The position numbers were made by a program, and so were the translations under genes. This document shows, piece by piece, positions 48,910-60,000 of a DNA stretch of 64,000 bases; positions within the stretch are counted from its first letter, which is position 1; each line of letters begins with the position of its first letter. The notes beneath the pieces were generated by a model, which was not told the origin of the DNA, searched no databases, and was given only the letters and a program-made list of their open reading frames with translations. The DNA is from Eledone cirrhosa (lineage: Eukaryota), in the NCBI GenBank assembly GCA_964016885.1, contig OZ024744.1, positions 127,906,001 through 127,970,000 on the forward strand. The letters run 5' to 3'.

Positions 48910-51120
48910 GTTAAGTTGGGGTTAAGATAAGTTGGGGTTAAGTTAAGTTGGGGTTAATTTAAGTTGGGGTTGAGTTAATTTGGGTTTAAGTTAAGTTGGG
49001 CTTAACTTAAGTTGGGGTTAAGTTGGGGTTAAGTTAAGTTGGGGTTAAGTTAAGTTGGGGGTAAGTTAAGTTGGGGGCAAGTTAAGTTGGGGTTAATTTA
49101 AGTTGGGGTTAAGTTAAGTTGGGGTTATGTTAAGTTGGGGTTAATTTAAGTTGGGGTTAAGTTAAGTTGGGGGTAACTTAAGTTGAGGGTAAGTTAAGTT
49201 GAGGGTAAGTTAAGTTGAGGGTAAGTTAAGTTGAGGTTAAGTTAAGTTGGGGTTAAGTTAAGTTGGGGGTAAGTTAAGTTGGGGGTAAGTTAAGTTGGGG
49301 TTAAGTTAAGTTGGGGTTAAATTAAGTTGAGGTTAAGTTAATTTGGGGTTAAGTTAAGTTGGGGTTAAGTTAAGTTGGGGGTAAGATAAGTTGGGGCTAA
49401 GTTAAGTTGGGGCTAAGTCAAGTTGGGGTTAAGTCAAGTTGAGGTTAACTTAAGTTGGGGTTAAGTTAAGTTGGGGTTAAGTTAAGTTGGGGTTAAGGTA
49501 AGTTGGGGTTAAGTTAAGTTGGGGCTAAGTTAAGTTGGGGCTAAGTTAAGTTGGGTCTGAGTTAAGTTGGGGTTAAGTTGCGGTTGAGTTAAGTTGGGGT
49601 TAAGTTAAGTTGGGATTAAGTTAAGTTGGGGTTAAGTTAAGTTCGGGTTGAGTTAAGTTGGGGTTAAGTTAAGTTGGGGTTAATTTAAGTTGGGGTTAAG
49701 TTAAGTTGGGGTTAAGATAAGTTGGGGTTAAGTTAAGTTGGGGTTAAGTTAAGTTGGGGTTGAGTTAATTTGGGGTTAAGTTAAGTTGGGGTTAACTTAA
49801 GTTGGGGTTAAGTTAAGTTGGGGTTAAGTTAAGTTGGGGGTAAGTTAAGTTGGGGGCAAGCTAAGTTGGGGTTCAGTTAAGTTGGGGTTAAGTTAATTTG
49901 GGGCTGAGTTAAGTTGGGGTTAAGTTAAGTTCGGGTTGAGTTAAGTTGGGGTTAAGTTAAGTTGGGGTTAAGTTAAGTTGGGGTTAAGTTAAGTTGGGGT
50001 TAAGATAAGTTGGGGTTAAGTTAAGTTGGGGTTAATTTAAGTTGGGGTTGAGTTAATTTGGGTTTAAGTTAAGTTGGGCTTAACTTAAGTTGGGGTTAAG
50101 TTGGGGTTAAGTTAAGTTGGGGTTAAGTTAAGTTGGGGGTAAGTTAAGTTGGGGGCAAGTTAAGTTGGGGTTAATTTAAGTTGGGGTTAAGTTAAGTTGG
50201 GGTTATGTTAAGTTGGGGTTAATTTAAGTTGGGGTTAAGTTAAGTTGGGGGTAACTTAAGTTGAGGGTAAGTTAAGTTGAGGGTAAGTTAAGTTGAGGGT
50301 AAGTTAAGTTGAGGTTAAGTTAAGTTGGGGTTAAGTTAAGTTGGGGGTAAGTTAAGTTGGGGGTAAGTTAAGTTGGGGTTAAGTTAAGTTGGGGTTAAAT
50401 TAAGTTGAGGTTAAGTTAATTTGGGGTTAAGTTAAGTTGGGGTTAAGTTAAGTTGGGGGTAAGATAAGTTGGGGCTAAGTTAAGTTGGGGCTAAGTCAAG
50501 TTGGGGTTAAGTCAAGTTGAGGTTAACTTAAGTTGGGGTTAAGTTAAGTTGGGGTTAAGTTAAGTTGGGGTTAAGGTAAGTTGGGGTTAAGTTAAGTTGG
50601 GGCTAAGTTAAGTTGGGGCTAAGTTAAGTTGGGTCTGAGTTAAGTTGGGGTTAAGTTGCGGTTGAGTTAAGTTGGGGTTAAGTTAAGTTGGGATTAAGTT
50701 AAGTTGGGGTTAAGTTAAGTTCGGGTTGAGTTAAGTTGGGGTTAAGTTAAGTTGGGGTTAATTTAAGTTGGGGTTAAGTTAAGTTGGGGTTAAGATAAGT
50801 TGGGGTTAAGTTAAGTTGGGGTTAAGTTAAGTTGGGGTTGAGTTAATTTGGGGTTAAGTTAAGTTGGGGTTAACTTAAGTTGGGGTTAAGTTAAGTTGGG
50901 GTTAAGTTAAGTTGGGGGTAAGTTAAGTTGGGGGCAAGCTAAGTTGGGGTTCAGTTAAGTTGGGGTTAAGTTAATTTGGGGCTGAGTTAAGTTGGGGTTA
51001 AGTTAAGTTCGGGTTGAGTTAAGTTGGGGTTAAGTTAAGTTGGGGTTAAGTTAAGTTGGGGTTAAGTTAAGTTGGGGTTAAGATAAGTTGGGGTTAAGTT
51101 AAGTTGGGGTTAATTTAAGT
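48910..51120 (+). repeat. 1,078-bp tandem duplication (second instance, inherited with the 13-kb duplication)
   Basis: gcaagctaag C at 49857 and 50935. Confidence 0.85.
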
Positions 51121-51199
51121 TGGGGTTGAGTTAACTTGGGTTTAAGTTAAGTTGGGCTTAACTTAAGTTGGGGTTAAGTTAAGTTGGGGTTAAGTTAAG

Positions 51200-54100
51200 T
51201 TGGGGGTAAGTTAAGTTGGGGGCAAGTTAAGTTGGGGTTAATTTAAGTTGGGGTTAAGTTAAGTTGGGGTTAAGTTAAGTTGGGGGTAACTTAAGTTGGG
51301 GTTAAGTTAAGTTGAGGGTAAGTTAAGTTGAGGTTAAGTTAAGTTGGGGTTAAGTTAAGTTGGGGGTAAGTTAAGTTGGGGGTAAGTTAAGTTGGGGTTA
51401 AGTTAAGTTGGGGTTAAATTAAGTTGAGGTTAAGTTAATTTGGGGTTAAGTTAAGTTGGGGTTAAGTTAAGTTGGCGGTAAGATAAGTTGGGGCTAAGTT
51501 AAGTTGGGGCTAAGTCAAGTTGGGGTTAAGTCAAGTTGGGGTTAAGTCAAGTTGAGGTTAACTTAAGTTGGGGTTAAGTTAAGTTGGGGTTAAGTTAAGT
51601 TGGGGTTAAGGTAAGTTGGGGTTAAGTTAAGTTGGGGCTAAGTTAAGTTGGGGCTAAGTTAAGTTGGGGCTGAGTTAAGTTGGGGTTAAGTTGGGGTTGA
51701 GTTAAGTTGGGGTTAAGTTAAGTTGGGATTAAGTTAAGTTGGGGTTAAGTTAAGTTCGGGTTGAGTTAAGTTGGGGTTAAGTTAAGTTGGGGTTAATTTA
51801 AGTTGGGGTTAAGTTAAGTTGGGGTTAAGATAAGTTGGGGTTAAGTTAAGTTGGGGTTAAGTTAAGTTGGGGTTTAGTTAATTTGGGGTTAAGTTAAGTT
51901 GGGGTTAACTTAAGTTGGGGTTAAGTTAAGTTGGGGTTAAGTTAAGTTGGGGGTAAGTTAAGTCGGGGTTAAGTTAAGTTGGGGTTAAGTTAAGTTGGGT
52001 TTAAGTTAAGTTGGGGCTAAGTTAAGTTGGGGCTAAGTTAAGTTGGGGCTGAGTTAAGTTGGGGGTAACTTAAGTTGGGTATAAGTTAAGTTGGGGTTAA
52101 GTTAAGTTGGGGTTCAGTTCAGTTGGGGTTAAGTTAAGTTGGGGTTAAGTTAAGCTGGGGTTAAGTTAAGTTGGGGTTAATTTAAGTTGGGGTTAAGTTA
52201 AGTTGGGGTTGAGTTAAGTTGGGGTTGAGTTAAGCTGGGGTTAATTTAAGTTGGGGTTAAGTTAAGTTGGGGTTAAGTTAAGTTGGGGTTAAGTTAAGTT
52301 GGGGGTAAGTTAAGTTGGGGGCAAGTTAAGTTGGGGTTAAGTTAAGTTGGGGTTAAGTTAAGTTGGGGTTAAGTTAAGTTAGGGTTAATTTCAGTTGGGG
52401 TTAAGTTAAGTTGGGGTTAAGTTAAGTTAGGGTTAATTTAAGTTGGGGTTATGTTAAGTTGGGGTTAAGTTAAGTTGGGGTTAAGTTAAGTTGGTGTTAA
52501 GTAATGGTTGGGGTTAAGTTAAGTTGGTGTTAAGTAAAGTTGGGCTTAAGTTAAGTTGGGTTTGAGTTAAGTTGGGGCTAAGTTAAGTTAGGGCTAAGTT
52601 AAGTTGGGGTTAAGTTAAGTTGGGGCTAGGTTAAGTTGGGTCTAAGTTAAGTTGGGGTTAAGTTAAGTTGGGGTTAAGTTCAGTTGGGGTTAAATTAAGT
52701 TGGGGTTAAGTTAAGTTGGCGTTAAGCTAAGTTGGGGTTAAGTTAATTTGCGGTTAAGTTAGGTTGTGGGTTAAGTTAAGTTGGGGGTAAGTTAAGTTGG
52801 GGGTAAGTTAAGTTGGGGTTAATTTAAGTTGGGGTTAAGTTAAGTTGGGGTTAAGTTAAGTTGGGGTTAAGTTAAGTTGGGGTTAAGTTAAGTTGGCGTT
52901 AATTTAACTTGGGGTTAAGTTAAGTTGGGGTTAAGTTAAGTTGGGGTTAAGTTAAGTTGGGGTTAAGTTAAGTTGGGGTTAAGTCAAGTTGGGGTTAAGT
53001 CAAGTTGGGGTTAAGTCAAGTTGGGGTTAAGTTAAGTTGGGGTTAAGTTAAGTTGGGGGTAAGTTAAGTTGGGTATAAGTTAAGTTGGGGTTAAGTTAAA
53101 ATGTGGTTAAGTTCAGTTGGGGTTAAGTTAAGTTGGGGTTAAGTTAAGTTGGGGGTAAGTTAAGTTGGGGGCAAGTTAAGTTGGGGTTAAGTTAAGTTGG
53201 GGTTAAGTTAAGTTGGGGTTAAGTTAAGTTGGGGTTAAGTTAAGTTAGGGTTAATTTCAGTTGGGGTTATGTTAAGTTGGGGTTAAGTTAAGTTGGGGTT
53301 AAGTTAAAGTTGGGGTTAAGTTAAGTTGGGGTAAAGTTAAGTTAGGGTTAAGTTGAGTTGGGGTTAAGTTAAGTTGGGGTTAAATTAAGTTGGGGTTAAG
53401 TTAAGTTGGGGTTAAGGTAAGTTGGGGTTAAATTAAGTTGGGGTTCAGTTAAGTTGGGGTTAAATTAAGTTGGGGTTAAGTTAAGTTGGGGTTAGTTAAG
53501 TTGGGGTTAAGTTAAGTTGGGGTTAAGTTAAGTTGGGGTTAAGTTAAGTTGGCGTTAAGTTAAGTTGGGGTTAAGTTAAGTTGGGGTTAAATTAAGTTGG
53601 GGTTAAGTTAAGTTGGGGTTAACTTAAGTTGGGGTTGACTTAAGTTGGGGTTAATTTGGGGTTAAGTTAAGTTGGGGTTAAATTAAGTTGGGGGTTAGTT
53701 AAGTTGGGGCAAGTTAAGTTGGGGTTAATTTAAGTTGGGGTTAAGTTAAGTTGGGGTTATGTTAAGTTGGGGTTAAGTTACGTTGGGGTTAAGTTAAGTT
53801 GGGGGTAAGTTAAGTTGGGGTTAAGTTAAGTTGGGGGTAAGTTAAGTTGAGGGTAAGTTAAGTTGGGGTTAAGTTAAGTTGGGGTTAAATTAAGTTGAGG
53901 TTAAGTTAAGTTGGGGTTAAGTTAAGTTGGGGGTAAGATAAGTTGGGGGTAAGATAAGTTGGGGCTAAGTTAAGTTGGGGCTAAGTCAAGTTGGGGTTAA
54001 TTCAAGTTGAGGTTAACTTAAGTTGGGGTTAAGTTAAGTTGGGGTTAATTTAAGTTGGGGGTAAGTTAAGTTGGGGGCAAGTTAAGTTGGGGTTAATTTA

Positions 54101-57100
54101 AGTTGGGGTTAAGTTAAGTTGGGGTTAAGTTAAGTTGGGGGTAACTTAAGTTGGGGTTAAGTTAAGTTGAGGGTAAGTTAAGTTGAGGTTAAGTTAAGTT
54201 GGGGTTAAGTTAAGTTGGGGGTAAGTTAAGTTGGGGGTAAGTTAAGTTGGGGTTAAGTTAAGTTGGGGTTAAATTAAGTTGAGGTTAAGTTAATTTGGGG
54301 TTAAGTTAAGTTGGGGTTAAGTTAAGTTGGCGGTAAGATAAGTTGGGGCTAAGTTAAGTTGGGGCTAAGTCAAGTTGGGGTTAAGTCAAGTTGGGGTTAA
54401 GTCAAGTTGAGGTTAACTTAAGTTGGGGTTAAGTTAAGTTGGGGTTAAGTTAAGTTGGGGTTAAGGTAAGTTGGGGTTAAGTTAAGTTGGGGCTAAGTTA
54501 AGTTGGGGCTAAGTTAAGTTGGGGCTGAGTTAAGTTGGGGTTAAGTTGGGGTTGAGTTAAGTTGGGGTTAAGTTAAGTTGGGATTAAGTTAAGTTGGGGT
54601 TAAGTTAAGTTCGGGTTGAGTTAAGTTGGGGTTAAGTTAAGTTGGGGTTAATTTAAGTTGGGGTTAAGTTAAGTTGGGGTTAAGATAAGTTGGGGTTAAG
54701 TTAAGTTGGGGTTAAGTTAAGTTGGGGTTTAGTTAATTTGGGGTTAAGTTAAGTTGGGGTTAACTTAAGTTGGGGTTAAGTTAAGTTGGGGTTAAGTTAA
54801 GTTGGGGGTAAGTTAAGTCGGGGTTAAGTTAAGTTGGGGTTAAGTTAAGTTGGGTTTAAGTTAAGTTGGGGCTAAGTTAAGTTGGGGCTAAGTTAAGTTG
54901 GGGCTGAGTTAAGTTGGGGGTAACTTAAGTTGGGTATAAGTTAAGTTGGGGTTAAGTTAAGTTGGGGTTCAGTTCAGTTGGGGTTAAGTTAAGTTGGGGT
55001 TAAGTTAAGCTGGGGTTAAGTTAAGTTGGGGTTAATTTAAGTTGGGGTTAAGTTAAGTTGGGGTTGAGTTAAGTTGGGGTTGAGTTAAGCTGGGGTTAAT
55101 TTAAGTTGGGGTTAAGTTAAGTTGGGGTTAAGTTAAGTTGGGGTTAAGTTAAGTTGGGGGTAAGTTAAGTTGGGGGCAAGTTAAGTTGGGGTTAAGTTAA
55201 GTTGGGGTTAAGTTAAGTTGGGGTTAAGTTAAGTTAGGGTTAATTTCAGTTGGGGTTAAGTTAAGTTGGGGTTAAGTTAAGTTAGGGTTAATTTAAGTTG
55301 GGGTTATGTTAAGTTGGGGTTAAGTTAAGTTGGGGTTAAGTTAAGTTGGTGTTAAGTAATGGTTGGGGTTAAGTTAAGTTGGTGTTAAGTAAAGTTGGGC
55401 TTAAGTTAAGTTGGGTTTGAGTTAAGTTGGGGCTAAGTTAAGTTAGGGCTAAGTTAAGTTGGGGTTAAGTTAAGTTGGGGCTAGGTTAAGTTGGGTCTAA
55501 GTTAAGTTGGGGTTAAGTTAAGTTGGGGTTAAGTTCAGTTGGGGTTAAATTAAGTTGGGGTTAAGTTAAGTTGGCGTTAAGCTAAGTTGGGGTTAAGTTA
55601 ATTTGCGGTTAAGTTAGGTTGTGGGTTAAGTTAAGTTGGGGGTAAGTTAAGTTGGGGGTAAGTTAAGTTGGGGTTAATTTAAGTTGGGGTTAAGTTAAGT
55701 TGGGGTTAAGTTAAGTTGGGGTTAAGTTAAGTTGGGGTTAAGTTAAGTTGGGGCTAGGTTAAGTTGGGTCTAAGTTAAGTTGGGGTTAAGTTAAGTTGGG
55801 GTTAAGTTCAGTTGGGGTTAAATTAAGTTGGGGTTAAGTTAAGTTGGCGTTAAGCTAAGTTGGGGTTAAGTTAATTTGCGGTTAAGTTAGGTTGTGGGTT
55901 AAGTTAAGTTGGGGGTAAGTTAAGTTGGGGGTAAGTTAAGTTGGGGTTAATTTAAGTTGGGGTTAAGTTAAGTTGGGGTTAAGTTAAGTTGGGGTTAAGT
56001 TAAGTTGGGGTTAAGTTAAGTTGGCGTTAATTTAACTTGGGGTTAAGTTAAGTTGGGGTTAAGTTAAGTTGGGGTTAAGTTAAGTTGGGGTTAAGTCAAG
56101 TTGGGGTTAAGTCAAGTTGGGGTTAAGTCAAGTTGGGGTTAAGTTAAGTTGGGGTTAAGTTAAGTTGGGGGTAAGTTAAGTTGGGTATAAGTTAAGTTGG
56201 GGTTAAGTTAAAATGTGGTTAAGTTCAGTTGGGGTTAAGTTAAGTTGGGGTTAAGTTAAGTTGGGGGTAAGTTAAGTTGGGGGCAAGTTAAGTTGGGGTT
56301 AAGTTAAGTTGGGGTTAAGTTAAGTTGGGGTTAAGTTAAGTTGGGGTTAAGTTAAGTTAGGGTTAATTTCAGTTGGGGTTATGTTAAGTTGGGGTTAAGT
56401 TAAGTTGGGGTTAAGTTAAAGTTGGGGTTAAGTTAAGTTGGGGTAAAGTTAAGTTAGGGTTAAGTTGAGTTGGGGTTAAGTTAAGTTGGGGTTAAATTAA
56501 GTTGGGGTTAAGTTAAGTTGGGGTTAAGGTAAGTTGGGGTTAAATTAAGTTGGGGTTCAGTTAAGTTGGGGTTAAATTAAGTTGGGGTTAAGTTAAGTTG
56601 GGGTTAGTTAAGTTGGGGTTAAGTTAAGTTGGGGTTAAGTTAAGTTGGGGTTAAGTTAAGTTGGCGTTAAGTTAAGTTGGGGTTAAGTTAAGTTGGGGTT
56701 AAATTAAGTTGGGGTTAAGTTAAGTTGGGGTTAACTTAAGTTGGGGTTGACTTAAGTTGGGGTTAATTTGGGGTTAAGTTAAGTTGGGGTTAAATTAAGT
56801 TGGGGGTTAGTTAAGTTGGGGCAAGTTAAGTTGGGGTTAATTTAAGTTGGGGTTAAGTTAAGTTGGGGTTATGTTAAGTTGGGGTTAAGTTACGTTGGGG
56901 TTAAGTTAAGTTGGGGGTAAGTTAAGTTGGGGTTAAGTTAAGTTGGGGGTAAGTTAAGTTGAGGGTAAGTTAAGTTGGGGTTAAGTTAAGTTGGGGTTAA
57001 ATTAAGTTGAGGTTAAGTTAAGTTGGGGTTAAGTTAAGTTGGGGGTAAGATAAGTTGGGGGTAAGATAAGTTGGGGCTAAGTTAAGTTGGGGCTAAGTCA

Positions 57101-60000
57101 AGTTGGGGTTAATTCAAGTTGAGGTTAACTTAAGTTGGGGTTAAGTTAAGTTGGGGTTAATTTAAGTTGGGGGTAAGTTAAGTTGGGGGCAAGTTAAGTT
57201 GGGGTTAATTTAAGTTGGGGTTAAGTTAAGTTGGGGTTAAGTTAAGTTGGGGGTAACTTAAGTTGGGGTTAAGTTAAGTTGAGGGTAAGTTAAGTTGAGG
57301 TTAAGTTAAGTTGGGGTTAAGTTAAGTTGGGGGTAAGTTAAGTTGGGGGTAAGTTAAGTTGGGGTTAAGTTAAGTTGGGGTTAAATTAAGTTGAGGTTAA
57401 GTTAATTTGGGGTTAAGTTAAGTTGGGGTTAAGTTAAGTTGGCGGTAAGATAAGTTGGGGCTAAGTTAAGTTGGGGCTAAGTCAAGTTGGGGTTAAGTCA
57501 AGTTGGGGTTAAGTCAAGTTGAGGTTAACTTAAGTTGGGGTTAAGTTAAGTTGGGGTTAAGTTAAGTTGGGGTTAAGGTAAGTTGGGGTTAAGTTAAGTT
57601 GGGGCTAAGTTAAGTTGGGGCTAAGTTAAGTTGGGGCTGAGTTAAGTTGGGGTTAAGTTGGGGTTGAGTTAAGTTGGGGTTAAGTTAAGTTGGGATTAAG
57701 TTAAGTTGGGGTTAAGTTAAGTTCGGGTTGAGTTAAGTTGGGGTTAAGTTAAGTTGGGGTTAATTTAAGTTGGGGTTAAGTTAAGTTGGGGTTAAGATAA
57801 GTTGGGGTTAAGTTAAGTTGGGGTTAAGTTAAGTTGGGGTTTAGTTAATTTGGGGTTAAGTTAAGTTGGGGTTAACTTAAGTTGGGGTTAAGTTAAGTTG
57901 GGGTTAAGTTAAGTTGGGGGTAAGTTAAGTCGGGGTTAAGTTAAGTTGGGGTTAAGTTAAGTTGGGTTTAAGTTAAGTTGGGGCTAAGTTAAGTTGGGGC
58001 TAAGTTAAGTTGGGGCTGAGTTAAGTTGGGGGTAACTTAAGTTGGGTATAAGTTAAGTTGGGGTTAAGTTAAGTTGGGGTTCAGTTCAGTTGGGGTTAAG
58101 TTAAGTTGGGGTTAAGTTAAGCTGGGGTTAAGTTAAGTTGGGGTTAATTTAAGTTGGGGTTAAGTTAAGTTGGGGTTGAGTTAAGTTGGGGTTGAGTTAA
58201 GCTGGGGTTAATTTAAGTTGGGGTTAAGTTAAGTTGGGGTTAAGTTAAGTTGGGGTTAAGTTAAGTTGGGGGTAAGTTAAGTTGGGGGCAAGTTAAGTTG
58301 GGGTTAAGTTAAGTTGGGGTTAAGTTAAGTTGGGGTTAAGTTAAGTTAGGGTTAATTTCAGTTGGGGTTAAGTTAAGTTGGGGTTAAGTTAAGTTAGGGT
58401 TAATTTAAGTTGGGGTTATGTTAAGTTGGGGTTAAGTTAAGTTGGGGTTAAGTTAAGTTGGTGTTAAGTAATGGTTGGGGTTAAGTTAAGTTGGTGTTAA
58501 GTAAAGTTGGGCTTAAGTTAAGTTGGGTTTGAGTTAAGTTGGGGCTAAGTTAAGTTAGGGCTAAGTTAAGTTGGGGTTAAGTTAAGTTGGGGCTAGGTTA
58601 AGTTGGGTCTAAGTTAAGTTGGGGTTAAGTTAAGTTGGGGTTAAGTTCAGTTGGGGTTAAATTAAGTTGGGGTTAAGTTAAGTTGGCGTTAAGCTAAGTT
58701 GGGGTTAAGTTAATTTGCGGTTAAGTTAGGTTGTGGGTTAAGTTAAGTTGGGGGTAAGTTAAGTTGGGGGTAAGTTAAGTTGGGGTTAATTTAAGTTGGG
58801 GTTAAGTTAAGTTGGGGTTAAGTTAAGTTGGGGTTAAGTTAAGTTGGGGTTAAGTTAAGTTGGCGTTAATTTAACTTGGGGTTAAGTTAAGTTGGGGTTA
58901 AGTTAAGTTGGGGTTAAGTTAAGTTGGGGTTAAGTCAAGTTGGGGTTAAGTCAAGTTGGGGTTAAGTCAAGTTGGGGTTAAGTTAAGTTGGGGTTAAGTT
59001 AAGTTGGGGGTAAGTTAAGTTGGGTATAAGTTAAGTTGGGGTTAAGTTAAAATGTGGTTAAGTTCAGTTGGGGTTAAGTTAAGTTGGGGTTAAGTTAAGT
59101 TGGGGGTAAGTTAAGTTGGGGGCAAGTTAAGTTGGGGTTAAGTTAAGTTGGGGTTAAGTTAAGTTGGGGTTAAGTTAAGTTGGGGTTAAGTTAAGTTAGG
59201 GTTAATTTCAGTTGGGGTTATGTTAAGTTGGGGTTAAGTTAAGTTGGGGTTAAGTTAAAGTTGGGGTTAAGTTAAGTTGGGGTAAAGTTAAGTTAGGGTT
59301 AAGTTGAGTTGGGGTTAAGTTAAGTTGGGGTTAAATTAAGTTGGGGTTAAGTTAAGTTGGGGTTAAGGTAAGTTGGGGTTAAATTAAGTTGGGGTTCAGT
59401 TAAGTTGGGGTTAAATTAAGTTGGGGTTAAGTTAAGTTGGGGTTAGTTAAGTTGGGGTTAAGTTAAGTTGGGGTTAAGTTAAGTTGGGGTTAAGTTAAGT
59501 TGGCGTTAAGTTAAGTTGGGGTTAAGTTAAGTTGGGGTTAAATTAAGTTGGGGTTAAGTTAAGTTGGGGTTAACTTAAGTTGGGGTTGACTTAAGTTGGG
59601 GTTAATTTGGGGTTAAGTTAAGTTGGGGTTAAATTAAGTTGGGGGTTAGTTAAGTTGGGGCAAGTTAAGTTGGGGTTAATTTAAGTTGGGGTTAAGTTAA
59701 GTTGGGGTTATGTTAAGTTGGGGTTAAGTTACGTTGGGGTTAAGTTAAGTTGGGGGTAAGTTAAGTTGGGGTTAAGTTAAGTTGGGGGTAAGTTAAGTTG
59801 AGGGTAAGTTAAGTTGGGGTTAAGTTAAGTTGGGGTTAAATTAAGTTGAGGTTAAGTTAAGTTGGGGTTAAGTTAAGTTGGGGGTAAGATAAGTTGGGGG
59901 TAAGATAAGTTGGGGCTAAGTTAAGTTGGGGCTAAATCAAGTTGGGGTTAATTCAAGTTGAGGTTAACTTAAGTTGGGGTTAAGTTAAGTTGGGGTTAAT
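51200..60000 (+). repeat. Second triplicated ~2.84-kb unit (spacings 2855 and 3112 bp), including a 273-bp duplication
   Basis: ggcggtaagat C at 51476/54331/57443; ctagg at 55481/55754. Confidence 0.9.

Larger units (their letters stand above)
33100..59450 (+). repeat. Near-identical ~13.0 kb tandem duplication (junction ~46110-46420)
   Basis: Offset 13010: tgcgg 33419/46429, tgtggct 34021/47031, ggcggt 38466/51476, gtaatgg 39491/52501. One extra monomer near 52930-52980 gives 13026: aaaatgtgg 40072/53098 and 46023/59049, taatgg 42332/55358 and 45444/58470. Confidence 0.93.
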
